A stretch of 64,000 nucleotides of DNA from an uncultured Thermoplasmata archaeon (GCA_963787465.1 CAWBDD010000009.1:14358-78357); one strand, 5' to 3'. Counted from the stretch's first letter, positions 47,412 through 61,708 are shown. Program-made: numbers and translations. The notes: generated by a model from the letters alone, not told the origin.

Positions 47412-48560
47412 TTGAAGGTCGCTATGTTCACGGACTCGTTCCACCCCGCCAAGGACGGGGCCCTGGCCGCGATGGAGATACAGGCGAGGGGACTCGAGGC
47501 GCGCGGGCACGAGGTCGTCGTCGTCGCGCCCGACACGTCGCCGAGGCCCGACTACCCGAGGAGGGTGCACTACCTCCCGTCGATAGGATTCCGATGGTAT
47601 CCAGGATACAGGATCGCGGTCTCCTCCTCCGACATGATGGAGTTCGTGCGAGAGGTGCGACCCGACGTGCTCCACTGCCACGGGATCGCGTCGATGGCGA
47701 TACTCAGCCTCACCGTCGCTCGGGCGGCCAAGATACCGCACGTGCTCACATTCCACACCATGGCCAACGAGGCCGTCAAGTACTACAGCCCTCTGTCCGT
47801 CCGCGACGACCTCCTGGTCCCTCTCGTCTGGGTCTACCTCCGGAACATGATGAGGAGGGCAGAGGTCGTGATAGCGCCGTCGCAGCCCATCAAGGACGAG
47901 CTGGAGGAGAACGGCGTCCGCATGCAGGCGTGCGAGGTCGTCCCCACCGGGATCGACAACTCCCTGTACACTCCCGCCAACTTCGACAAGGACTTCCCGG
48001 GCAGGTACGGGCTCCAGGGCAAGAAGGTCGTGCTGCACGTCGGGAGGCTCTCGATGGAGAAGAGGCTCGACATAGTCCTGAGGGCGATGACGGAGCTCGC
48101 GAAGGACGAGCCGGACCTGAGGCTGCTCGTCGCTGGCACGGGCCCTGCGGCGGGGTTCTACGCGGACGAGGCGAAGAGGCTGGGGGTCTCAGACCGAGTG
48201 GTCTTCACAGGGTTCATGCCGGACGCGGAGCTGCTGAAGGCGTACGCGAGCTGCGAGATGCTCGTCCTCGCATCGACCTTCGAGACACAAGGGCTCGTCG
48301 TCCTCGAGGCGATGGCCTCAGGGACCCCGGTCGCCGGCATGCGGTGCAGGGCGATCCCCGAGTTCATCCATGAGGGGAAGAACGGCTGCCTCTTCGACGA
48401 GGACTCCTGCGCCGAGGGCATGAAGAGGTGCCTCTCCAGGGCCAGGACCATGAAGCTCAACGCGGTGGCCTCCGCCAGGGATTACTCGATCGAGTCGTGC
48501 ACCCGCAGGCTGGAGGCCGCATACGGCCTCGCGGCCGAGGTGCTGGCCAGGACCCACTGA
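47412..48560 (+). CDS. Glycosyltransferase family 4 (GT-B)
   Basis: MFTDSFHP, HVGRLSMEK, FETQGLVVLEAMASG. Confidence 0.9.
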   Translation: MKVAMFTDSFHPAKDGALAAMEIQARGLEARGHEVVVVAPDTSPRPDYPRRVHYLPSIGFRWYPGYRIAVSSSDMMEFVREVRPDVLHCHGIASMAILSLTVARAAKIPHVLTFHTMANEAVKYYSPLSVRDDLLVPLVWVYLRNMMRRAEVVIAPSQPIKDELEENGVRMQACEVVPTGIDNSLYTPANFDKDFPGRYGLQGKKVVLHVGRLSMEKRLDIVLRAMTELAKDEPDLRLLVAGTGPAAGFYADEAKRLGVSDRVVFTGFMPDAELLKAYASCEMLVLASTFETQGLVVLEAMASGTPVAGMRCRAIPEFIHEGKNGCLFDEDSCAEGMKRCLSRARTMKLNAVASARDYSIESCTRRLEAAYGLAAEVLARTH

Positions 48561-48626
48561 CAGGACGACTGGCCCGCCAACGGCAAAGTTATTTCTATCG
48601 GCCGGCCGAATGAGACCTCCGACCCC

Positions 48627-49475
48627 ATGTCGTTCTCCTACCCGGTGTTCATCGTGCTCTACGCAGCATCCATGCTCGTCGGGGTGTTCCTGGGGCTCCT
48701 CGTGACTGTGGGGTGGAAGGACCTCTACTGGAGAAAGGCCCTGGCGAGCGCGAGGTTCAACGTCCTGTACGTCGCCCTCGTCATCGGCCTGCCTCTCGTC
48801 GCCCTCGCTGAGAACCTCATCCGGGACCCTGAGGAGGCGACCAGGGAGATCGTCTACACGAACTGGATCTTCCTCATGGGCGGGGACGCCGTGAGGATCC
48901 TCCAGGACCGGCTCGACTACCAGGTCATCGCGGACCTGTCCATAATCGTCTACGTGTGGGTGTTCACATACATCATCTACTTCACGCCGCTGCTGATCCT
49001 GGCCAAGGACGACAGGAGCACGTTCAGGAGGTACGCCATCGCGATCCTGTTCAACTTCGTCGTGCTCCTCCCGTTCTATGTGTTCTTCCCGGTCACGGTC
49101 ACCGGGTTCTACGCCGAGTCCGGGGTCACCCCCCTCCTCTACATCGACACCAACTGGGGGCGGATGGTGACGGGGATGGATCCCCTGAACAACGACTTCC
49201 CGAGCGGGCACGTGAGCCTGATGCTGACGGCTCTGCTCGTCCTGAGCACGGCGAAGGAGGACTACAGGATCTACTACAGGTTCCTCATCGTCGCGTGCGC
49301 CGGGATAGTCTTCGTGGTCCTGTACCTGGGCGTCCACTGGCTCGCGGACGTCTTCGGCGGGTTCGCGCTGGGCATCGGAGCCTACCTCGCGTCTGGGAAC
49401 GAGCGCGTGCAGATGACCCTGGACTGGTACATCAGGGCGGCGACGCTGAGGCTGTTCGGCGAGGAACGGGGCTGA
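48627..49475 (+). CDS. PAP2 / AUR1 (inositol-phosphoceramide synthase)-like membrane phosphotransferase
   Basis: FFPVT, DFPSGHV and LYLGVHWLADV motifs; several TM helices. Confidence 0.8.
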   Translation: MSFSYPVFIVLYAASMLVGVFLGLLVTVGWKDLYWRKALASARFNVLYVALVIGLPLVALAENLIRDPEEATREIVYTNWIFLMGGDAVRILQDRLDYQVIADLSIIVYVWVFTYIIYFTPLLILAKDDRSTFRRYAIAILFNFVVLLPFYVFFPVTVTGFYAESGVTPLLYIDTNWGRMVTGMDPLNNDFPSGHVSLMLTALLVLSTAKEDYRIYYRFLIVACAGIVFVVLYLGVHWLADVFGGFALGIGAYLASGNERVQMTLDWYIRAATLRLFGEERG

Positions 49476-49483
49476 GCCGCGAA

Positions 49484-50425
49484 TCAGGCCGGCGTCACGG
49501 CGACGACCCATATCTCGAAGAAGAGGGTCCTGCCGGATATCTCCGCGTTGTAGCCAGTGTTCGAGTCGCTCCTGTGGATCTGGAACGTGTTGTTGGCCTC
49601 GTCGAAGGCCCAGAGGATGAACTCCGTCCCGTCGTACGAGGTGCCCTTCACCTCGTAGACATCGGACTCGGTCAGCATGTTCCTGATCGTGATCTCGCCC
49701 TGGCCGCCGTCCGCATCCCAGTCGTAGGCATCCACGGCGACTGCCCATCCTGCGGGGTCGTCGGCCGTCGGGTCGCCGTACGGGTAGACGATCTGGCCGA
49801 CATCGGGTATGCTCTTGAAAGTGACCATCCCGGAAACGATGCTGGTGACCATGACGTCCCAGTCCCACAGGTAGTGGGACACGACCGCCATCTCGACCGC
49901 GGCGGTGCCGAACAGTGAGCTGAAGTCGCTCTCGGACATCGTCTCCGTCGCCGGGATCGTGTCCACGATGGATATGTTCGCGAGCTTGGCCTCGTCGATC
50001 GCGTATCCCTCGTCAGGGGCGATCTCTATGACCCTGTGATCCCCCGCCTTGAGTCCGAGTACGCCCGTCGCGAAGCCCTCGATGGTGCCGCCCGACTCGC
50101 CGTACAGACCCGCCACCATGTCGAAGGTCACGTAGCTCTCGTTGTCGCGGAGAGCGAATGTCAGTGACTTCGGGTAGAGCGCGTCGTCCTGGGCGACATT
50201 GAGCAGGCTCGTGTCGAAGACCCAGCCGTTGTCGTATCTGCCGATGTAGTTGAGGGTGACCGTGTCGCCGTCCACTATAGGCTCAGAATCGTCGGACGAC
50301 CCGAGGCTGTTGTCGTATATCACGTACCCGATAAGGCTCACGGAGACCACGATCACGGCGGCTAGTATCACCATGATGATGTTCAGCGGGTCTCTCGGTT
50401 CCTTGGCCTGGGACGAGCTCTCCAT
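49484..50425 (-). CDS. Membrane-anchored long-type FKBP peptidyl-prolyl isomerase
   Basis: N-terminal TM; GDTVTLNYIGRYDNGWVFDTS, IEGFATGVLGLKAGD, IAPDEGY, SGRTLFFEI. Confidence 0.82.
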   Translation of the reverse strand: MESSSQAKEPRDPLNIIMVILAAVIVVSVSLIGYVIYDNSLGSSDDSEPIVDGDTVTLNYIGRYDNGWVFDTSLLNVAQDDALYPKSLTFALRDNESYVTFDMVAGLYGESGGTIEGFATGVLGLKAGDHRVIEIAPDEGYAIDEAKLANISIVDTIPATETMSESDFSSLFGTAAVEMAVVSHYLWDWDVMVTSIVSGMVTFKSIPDVGQIVYPYGDPTADDPAGWAVAVDAYDWDADGGQGEITIRNMLTESDVYEVKGTSYDGTEFILWAFDEANNTFQIHRSDSNTGYNAEISGRTLFFEIWVVAVTPA

Positions 50426-50605
50426 CTTGAACTCCTGGGGCGCGGTTATGGCCTGACCCGATATAAAGGTTATCGAGTTGCGGCCCCGCCTAGACATAGG
50501 GCGTGACACGCATCCCGGAGCATCGACGGCATCAGGCCAGTCGACCTCATGAGGCAGAACATGGCGTACGCGCGGGTCGCCGCCCGGAGGGACGCGGGAC
50601 CTCGT

Positions 50606-50878
50606 TCAGCCTCCCGACACGGGCGGGAACAGCGCCACCTCGTCCCCGTCCGCGAGCCTGGTCGACCAGGACTCATGACGCGCGGCCCTGCCGTTGACGA
50701 GGACGACGATCATCTCCGGGGCCATCCGGGCCCTGGACAGCTCGGAGGCGAGGGCGCCTCCGCAGGTGCGGGAAAGCTCTGCGAAGAGGGACAGGATGTC
50801 GTCCGCCTCCGCCATCATCAGGTCCGTTCCAGCCGCCTCGCGCAGGCTGGCGTACAGGCGCACGGTTATATCCGCCAT
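50606..50878 (-). CDS. MoaD/ThiS/SAMP ubiquitin-like sulfur carrier
   Basis: VRLYASLREAAG, VLVNG, DGDEVALFPPVSGG (C-terminal GG). Confidence 0.9.
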   Translation of the reverse strand: MADITVRLYASLREAAGTDLMMAEADDILSLFAELSRTCGGALASELSRARMAPEMIVVLVNGRAARHESWSTRLADGDEVALFPPVSGG

Positions 50879-51329
50879 CTTCCCGGAAGAGCATCGCGGT
50901 CGGGCTAGATAAACCGACCCAAGAGGGAGTGGCCACGGGCCGACCACAAGTGGCCGACTAGGGCATCAACTGTGTCCGCGCATATTATGGTCCGAAGAGC
51001 GGGGACAGACCCCAGGGAGATGACGAAGATGATATTGGCGATCGTGGTGAACGCGGTGTCGGGCAAGAGGAAGGCGGAGTCGATTACGGCGGAGCCCCTT
51101 CAGAGGGGCTGTGGGATGCCGTTCGACAGGGTCCCGATTCCACTCTCAACAAGACTATTATCCTAGTGATGCGCACTTTTATGCTCGCAATCAACCCCCC
51201 CTAAACCCCTTACCCATTCTTCTGCGGGTTCTCGCCCGGACGACAGGGACAATCCATATCTCCGGCTAGGTCATAGTCGATGACCGGGGACGCGAGACGT
51301 CGAGGGGGAAAGGCGAGGGGGCACACGAC

Positions 51330-53755
51330 GTGGCCGAAGCATCGGTGAGGATAAAGGGGATGCACTGCGCGACGTGCACCGGCGCCGTCAAGGACGCGCT
51401 GCTCGGGCTGGAGGGGGTCTCAGGGGCATCCGTCAACCTGGCAACGGAGAGGGCGACCGTCGTCTACGACCCCGCCGTCACCGACATCCAGTCGGTGGAG
51501 GAGGCTGTCAGGAGCGCCGGGTACGAGGTCGCCAAGGACGAGATCTCGCTCACCATCGCGGGCATGCACTGTGCCACCTGCGCAACGGCCGTCAAGGAGG
51601 CGCTCGAGAGCGTCCCAGGCGTGACGGGCGCGCGCGTGAACTTCGCCCTCGGGAGAGCCGCGGTCGAGTACGACTCGAGGCTCGAATCGCGGACCGGGCT
51701 GAAGCGCGCCGTGGAGAAGGCAGGGTACAAGGTCCTCGAGATCGAAGGGGTGATGGCGGAGAAGCTCGCGAGGCAGGAGGAGCTGCGCGACGGGCTCAGG
51801 GCGCTCTATGTGGCGGCCGTGTTCGCCATCCCGGTCGCGGTGATCTCCATGACCTACGACCTGCTCCTGATGGACGTCCTTGATACTGGCGTGAGGAACA
51901 TCATCCTGCTCGCCCTGGCTACCCCGGTCCAGTTCTACGCGGGCCTGAGATACTACCGCGGCGCATACCGGGCCCTGCTGAACAAGCGCCCCAACATGGA
52001 CACGCTGGTGGTCCTCGGGACCTCCGCCGCGTTCATCTACAGCCTCATCGCGACCATCGACCCCTCGCTCACGGGGACCCGGACGTCTACTTCGACACCT
52101 CCGCGGTCATCATCACGCTCGTCCTGGCGGGCAAATACCTCGAGCTGCGCTCCAGAGGGGCCACGTCCGAGGCGATCGTCAGGCTCATGAACCTCCAGCC
52201 GCCGCGCGCGACCGTGGTCCGGGACGGCGTCGAGGTCGAGCTGGGCGCCGAGGAGCTGGTCCAGGGGGACGAGGTGGTCGTGAGGCCCGGCGAGAGGATA
52301 CCCGTGGACGGCAGGGTCGCCTCGGGCCATTCCGCCGTCGACGAGTCGCTCGTCACGGGAGAATCCATCCCGGCGGAGAAGGGCCCCGGTTCCGATGTCA
52401 CCGGCGGGACGGTCAACATAGCCGGCATGCTCAGGATAACGGCGACGCGCGTCGGGAAGGACACGACGCTGGCGCAGATAGTCCGGCTTGTCGAGGAGGC
52501 CCAGACGACCAAGGCCCCCATCGAGAGGCTGGCCGACACCGTGGCGGCGTACTTCGTGCCCGGCGTCCTGTCGGTCGCGGTCGCCACATTCGCGTTCTGG
52601 TACCTGGTCGGGGCAGGCATGTGGGACGTCGGCGACGCGCTCGCGTTCTCCATGACGGTCTTCGTCTCGGTGCTGGTCATCGCATGTCCCTGCGCCCTTG
52701 GCCTTGCCACACCGACCGCGATCGTGGTCGGGACGGGCCGGGGAGCCGAGCTCGGCGTGCTCATCAAGGACGCCGCCGCCCTGGAGCTGGCGCACGAGCT
52801 CACGGCCGTGGTCTTCGACAAGACCGGGACGCTCACGGTGGGCCAACCCCGTGTCGTCAGGATGGTCCTCGGGGAGGCGCGGGACGAGGCGGAACTCCTC
52901 ACGCTGGCAGCATCCGCCGAGAGGGGGTCCGAGCATGTCCTGTCGAGAGCTGTCATAGGCGCGGCGGAGGCGAGAGGGCTCGCTCTCGAGATGCCTACGC
53001 GGTCGACCGCGGTCCCCGGTGAGGGGGTCACGGCAGAGCTGGCGGCGCGCACGGTCTCCGTGGGCAACAGGCGCATGCTCACCAGGATAGGCGCCGACCT
53101 CGGCGCGCTGGGCAAGGACATGGAGAGGATGGAGGCGGAGGGCATGACCGTCATGGCCTGCTCGTCCGGAGGCAGGGTCCTCGGGCTGATAGGCGTCGCC
53201 GACACGCTCAAGCCAGGAGCTGGCGCGGTCGTATCCCAGCTCAAGGCGCTCGGGCTCAAGGTCGTGATGATGACGGGGGACAACGAGCGGACCGCTCGGG
53301 CGGTGGCCGTCCAGGCGGGGATCGACGAGTTCAGGGCGGGGGTCCTGCCCCAGGACAAGGCGAGCACGGTCAAGGCGCTCCAGGGCGCCGGGGACGTTGT
53401 CGCGATGGTCGGGGACGGGATCAACGACGCGCCAGCACTGGCCCAGGCGGACATAGGCATCGCCATAGGCGGTGGCACGGACATAGCCCTGGAGAGCGGC
53501 AACATCGTCCTGGTCGGCGGGGAGCTCAAGGGCGTCGTGACGGCCATACGGCTGAGCAGGAGGACTTTCAGCAAGATACGCCAGAACCTCTTCTGGGCCC
53601 TGGCCTACAACACCGCCGCGATACCCGTCGCGGCGGGGATCCTGTACCCATTCACCGGATGGCTCCTGAGCCCCATGGTCGCGGCGGCCGCGATGGCGTT
53701 CAGCTCGGTCTCAGTCGTCACCAACGCGTCCCTCCTCGGGAGATTCAAGCCGTGA
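51330..53755 (+). CDS. copA: Cu(I)-translocating P1B-type ATPase with two HMA domains; frameshift at the G run 52073-52076
   Basis: GMHCATC twice, [25 protein letters not shown] and MAFSS. Adding one G restores [15 protein letters not shown]. Confidence 0.9.
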
Positions 53756-53902
53756 CCGGGCCAGGGCACATCGCGCCGCTCGCCGAGCCGCAGAAAAGGT
53801 TATCATGACCTCAGGCGATAACAACCGACGATACTGGAACGCAGGGCGTGTGCCCTGCGTGCGAAGACCCGTCTCGCGACATCCCCCGTCGGTTGTGGTC
53901 TG

Positions 53903-56143
53903 ATGTTTGGAAAGAAGCTGCTCAAAGGATTTCTGGTGGACGTCAACGGAGTTCTCGTGAAGGAGTTCCTCTTCAGCCCGAAGGCCGACGTGACCTTCGA
54001 GGAGACCAGGACGGCATTCCAGGGCAAGGGGAACCTGGCCACCCTAGGCGCTTTCGAGGTAGGGAGGTTCGTCGGGACCGTCGTCAGGGGAGACAAGCTC
54101 CATTTCATAGCCGTCGGCAGGGACGTGCTGGAGGACGAGGACGTCACGTTCGTGAAGGAGATCCTCACGACCGTCGAGAAGTCCTTCGACGCCAGCCTGG
54201 ACTCGAAGCTGGGCACTGTCGCCAACTCCGAGCGCATCGCCAAGGAGGAGCAGGAGAAGGCCAAGCAGGCCATCGCCGCGATGAACTCCGAGAAGGCGGA
54301 GCTCGGCCAGGAGGCCGGCGAGCTGGAGAACCTCAAGAACGAGCTCGACCGGCTCAGGTCCGAGACCGAGAAGTGGCAGGAAGAGCTCAAGGAGTTCGAG
54401 GCACAGATCAACGATAGGCACGGCCAGATCAACGAGAGGGTCACGCTGCTCCTGGAGCGCGAGCAGGCTCTCGTACGCAGCCAGCAGGCCTTCGAGACGA
54501 TGGTGGAAGCGAAGCGCGAGCTGGTGCGGAAGATCCAGGGAGGCGTCGCTGCCTCCGTTTCCGAATACGAGGTCGGTTACTCCAAGCTCGTGACGGAGAG
54601 GAACGACCTCGCCGCCAGGACGGCGCAGTTCGAATCCGACCGCACGAAGTACGGCGAGGAGAGGGCCGCCTGGGAGAAGGAGGTCGAGGAGACCAAGGTC
54701 CGCATCGCCAGCCTGGACATGGACAGGGAGGCGCTCAAGGTCCGCGTGGACGACACGGACGCCAAGGAGCGGACCCTGAAGGAGCTCGATGGGAGGCTGG
54801 CCGCGAGGAAGCAGGACCTCGACGCGGCCGCGACGCAGCTGGAGGCGGACAGGACCTCGCTCTCGCAGGAGATGGACACGGTCAGGGCCGACATCGCCGA
54901 GATGGAGGCACGCGTCACCGAGCGCGAGGCGAAGGTGGCCCAGCAGGAGGCGGACCTCACCGCCCGCATCCAGGAGCACGAGAAGGCCTTCGCGGAGCTC
55001 AAGCCGAGGAAGGACATGCTCGCCGCCCAGGCAGAGGAGATCAACTCACGCATAGCCTCCCTCGAGGAGAGGGAGCAGGCACTCACCAAGGAGAAGGAGG
55101 AGCTCGAGAAGAGCACGGCCAGCACGCGCAAGGGGTTGGAGGAGCAGCAGGCCGAGATGTCCGACGTCCTCGCGAAGATAGGCAAGGACAACGAGGCCCT
55201 CGCGAGCAAGGCGACCCAGCTCGAGACCATCGAGAAGGCGCTCCAGGAGCGGGACGCCAAGGCGGTCGAGGCGGAGAAGCGCGTCGAGGAGCTGCTGAGG
55301 GAGCAGGACAAGAAGGAGAAGGAGCTCGAGAGGAAGGAGAACGTCCTGCGCGACGCGATGGCCGGCAGCGAATCGACGGTCAAGCAGCTCGCCGAGCGCG
55401 AGGCGACCCTGTCGACGCGGGAGGTCCAGCTCAAGGGCAAGGAGGGCGACCTCGCGGAGCTCACGGCCAAGCTCGACGAGAGGGCGGACCACCTCGCGAA
55501 GGCGAAGGTGGAGCTCGAGGCGGCCAAGGTCGAGGTCGCGAAGAGGGACTCGGTTGCCTCGGAGCAGGCGCGGGGTCTGGACGAGCGCGAGTCCGAGGTA
55601 CACAGGTCGGAGGAGGAGACCTCCAGGCGCGTCAAGGAGCTCGACGAGGCGAAGGCATCCGTCGAGGAGAGGACCAAGGCGCTCGCGGAGAGGGAGAGGA
55701 CGATCCACGACGAGGTCACCAAGGCCAGGACCGAGGTGGCCGATGAGATGACAAGGCTCGAGGCCGAGAGGAAGCACACGGCCGACAGGATGGCCGAGCT
55801 CGACGACAGGGCGAAGCTCCTCACCGAGAAGGAGGAGGCCACCTCCAAGGCGCAGGAGGACATCTCGAGGCGGGAGACCGCGTTCAGGGAGAAGGTCCAG
55901 GAGATGGAGGCCAGGAAGGCCAACATAGCCGCGGAGATGGACAAGCTGGCCATCGAGAAGGCCCGGGTCGAGAAGACGAGGGAGACCCTCGACAAGCGGA
56001 AGGCCGTCATAGGCGAGCAGGTCGACAGCATCTCGGAGATCACCAAGAAGCTCGAGGAGATCCGCGCGAGGTCGAAGCGCAGGGCCGAGGAGGCGCAGAA
56101 GGAAGCGGCCTCACAGGGCCAGAACGCTGAACAGAAGCAGTGA
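53903..56143 (+). CDS. Soluble protein: N-terminal longin/roadblock-like domain plus ~640-aa coiled coil
   Basis: First ~100 aa are alpha/beta (FLVDVNGVLV...FEVGRFVGTVVRGDKLHFIAVG...VKEILTTVEKSF), then continuous E/K/R/A-rich heptads. No Walker motifs and no TM. Confidence 0.7.
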   Translation: MFGKKLLKGFLVDVNGVLVKEFLFSPKADVTFEETRTAFQGKGNLATLGAFEVGRFVGTVVRGDKLHFIAVGRDVLEDEDVTFVKEILTTVEKSFDASLDSKLGTVANSERIAKEEQEKAKQAIAAMNSEKAELGQEAGELENLKNELDRLRSETEKWQEELKEFEAQINDRHGQINERVTLLLEREQALVRSQQAFETMVEAKRELVRKIQGGVAASVSEYEVGYSKLVTERNDLAARTAQFESDRTKYGEERAAWEKEVEETKVRIASLDMDREALKVRVDDTDAKERTLKELDGRLAARKQDLDAAATQLEADRTSLSQEMDTVRADIAEMEARVTEREAKVAQQEADLTARIQEHEKAFAELKPRKDMLAAQAEEINSRIASLEEREQALTKEKEELEKSTASTRKGLEEQQAEMSDVLAKIGKDNEALASKATQLETIEKALQERDAKAVEAEKRVEELLREQDKKEKELERKENVLRDAMAGSESTVKQLAEREATLSTREVQLKGKEGDLAELTAKLDERADHLAKAKVELEAAKVEVAKRDSVASEQARGLDERESEVHRSEEETSRRVKELDEAKASVEERTKALAERERTIHDEVTKARTEVADEMTRLEAERKHTADRMAELDDRAKLLTEKEEATSKAQEDISRRETAFREKVQEMEARKANIAAEMDKLAIEKARVEKTRETLDKRKAVIGEQVDSISEITKKLEEIRARSKRRAEEAQKEAASQGQNAEQKQ

Positions 56144-56178
56144 CCGGCGCCCGCCAGGCGACCGGCACATCACCTTTC

Positions 56179-56907
56179 TCAGGCCAGCCTGGGCCAGGAC
56201 CGGGCGATCCCCTGGGCCGCCTGCTCGAAGGGCCGTCTCAGCATGGGCCTGCCCTGGCAGGCGAGCCTGAGCTGCCTGGCGACGAACGGACGGACGCTCT
56301 CGACGACCTCCATCCCCGCGATCTCCTCGTACGACTCGAGCAGCCGCCTGCAGAGGTCGAACTTGATCGGGATGAAGTACGGCTCGGTCGCGAGGATGGA
56401 CGTCACGAGCCGGCCCACGTCGTCCAGCGGGTCGCCTGGCCCCACGTCCTCGAGGTCGAACCCGAAGATGCGGCCGTCGTGGAGGACGAAGTTGGACAGG
56501 ACCGTGTCGACCATGACCAGCTGCTGGCCCTCCGAGAACGCCTCGTGGAAGGCGGCGAGCCACACCCCGAGCCGCTCCACGACCTCCCCGCTGAACATCA
56601 GGTTGACCAGCGGGTCGCAGGGCTCCCCGGGTATGTACTCCATCACGACGAAGTCGTCGTGCATGTAGAGCGGGAGAGGCACGTCCAGCCCCTTGCCCCT
56701 TGCCTTGAGTAGCGCCTCGAACTCGTGCGGCGCCCTGTGAGAGAGGGATTTCTTGACGACGACGGACCTCACATCCGTCTCGACGACCCAGACGCGGTTC
56801 CTCTTGCTGGGGATGAGCCAGCTCTTGGAGACTATGACTCGCTGGTTGAGGGCGCGCTTGATCGCCTCCCAAGCGCGCGGGTCAAGCTCGGTGAGGTCCT
56901 GGTCCAT
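56179..56907 (-). CDS. Protein-kinase-like / aminoglycoside phosphotransferase-fold protein
   Basis: VVVKK, HEFEAL, VPLPL...VMEYIPG, DTVLSNF (catalytic loop), FDLE. Confidence 0.75.
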   Translation of the reverse strand: MDQDLTELDPRAWEAIKRALNQRVIVSKSWLIPSKRNRVWVVETDVRSVVVKKSLSHRAPHEFEALLKARGKGLDVPLPLYMHDDFVVMEYIPGEPCDPLVNLMFSGEVVERLGVWLAAFHEAFSEGQQLVMVDTVLSNFVLHDGRIFGFDLEDVGPGDPLDDVGRLVTSILATEPYFIPIKFDLCRRLLESYEEIAGMEVVESVRPFVARQLRLACQGRPMLRRPFEQAAQGIARSWPRLA

Positions 56908-56954
56908 CGCCTCCGCTATCCTCAAACTCTGATAAGAATCCTCCCACCAGGGTC

Positions 56955-57866
56955 TCAGCGCGATGACGGGAACTGCGGTTCGTGGACGGCGGACGAGTCC
57001 TTACCCCACAGGGCCGAGTCCTCCCTGAGGATGTCCAGAAGCTCCTTGGTGAGCCTCAGGGCGTCGTCGGTGTTCCCGGAGTGCAGCGCCCTCATCGCTT
57101 CCTTCATGCGCACCAGGTACTTCGACACGTCCACGCCCATGGCCTTGCCCTCGACGAGGTTCTCCCTCGCCCTGGAGAGCTCGGACCTCACGAGGTCGGG
57201 GATGCTCGGGGCCATGATCTCCTCGGCCTGCCGCGCGAGCGTGGAGACCAGGTTCCAGTCGCCGTCCCTGCACGCCTCCCAGGCGCTGCAGACGAGCCTC
57301 CTGGCCTTCGTCGTGTCGTTCCCCAGCGCGCTGACGTCGGAGACGAGGTGCTCAAGATCCTCGATCAGCCTGGCCGACCCCGCGAAGCCGCGGGCGGCCT
57401 CCTGGTAGAGGAGGTCCTTCGACCTGGACCTGCGGCCCACCATGTCCCAGATGTCGACCATCGTCGGGCGGGACGGCGGCTCGTCCGGCTCTTGGACTCC
57501 GCCGTCCACCGGCTCCTCGGCCCCCTCGGAGCCCGTGACGCTGTCTGCGAATATGGCGCCGCAGAACGGGCAGTACGGGTCGGATCCCTTCACGACCATG
57601 TCGCACTCGGTGCACTGGTACTGCACGCCCTCGTCCGGGGAGGCCGAGGCAGGTATGAGCAGCTTGGGCGAGAGGGACGCGGCCTTCTGCTGGCCCCCTA
57701 TCGGCGCGCGTCCTGGGCCTTCCTGAGCCCCTGGACCATGAGGGTCGTTCCCGGGGTTCTTGAGGGCCCTCTGGAACCGGCGGCGAGTGTGCTCTAGTTC
57801 TGTCTCGCCGTTGACGGCCACGTCGGCCCTGCCGGAAGCGCCACCGCGGGTGTCGTTTGGACGCAT
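56955..57866 (-). CDS. Hypothetical protein with a zinc ribbon and two helical-hairpin repeats
   Basis: CTECDMVVKGSDPYCPFCG; repeats GNDTTKARRL...GDWNL and GVDVSKYL...GNTDDAL. Start uncertain. Confidence 0.6.
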   Translation of the reverse strand: MRPNDTRGGASGRADVAVNGETELEHTRRRFQRALKNPGNDPHGPGAQEGPGRAPIGGQQKAASLSPKLLIPASASPDEGVQYQCTECDMVVKGSDPYCPFCGAIFADSVTGSEGAEEPVDGGVQEPDEPPSRPTMVDIWDMVGRRSRSKDLLYQEAARGFAGSARLIEDLEHLVSDVSALGNDTTKARRLVCSAWEACRDGDWNLVSTLARQAEEIMAPSIPDLVRSELSRARENLVEGKAMGVDVSKYLVRMKEAMRALHSGNTDDALRLTKELLDILREDSALWGKDSSAVHEPQFPSSR

Positions 57867-57979
57867 CTTGTTCCCACTCCAGCTACCTTTGCCTGCACCA
57901 TATACTTCCGCATTCTAGGTATTTGAAGCCGGCGACCGTGGCTATCAGGTCGTGCAAGTATCTGGGTGCGGCGGGCCGT

Positions 57980-61708
<3,729 letters not shown>

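Noticed and set aside
51330-52190. Programmed frameshift in copA producing a Cu chaperone, as in E. coli
   Set aside because: The break lies after the first TM helices, not after the metal-binding domain, and is a simple G-run deletion.
53903-56143. SMC/Rad50-like ATPase
   Set aside because: No Walker A/B, signature, hinge or zinc-hook motif.
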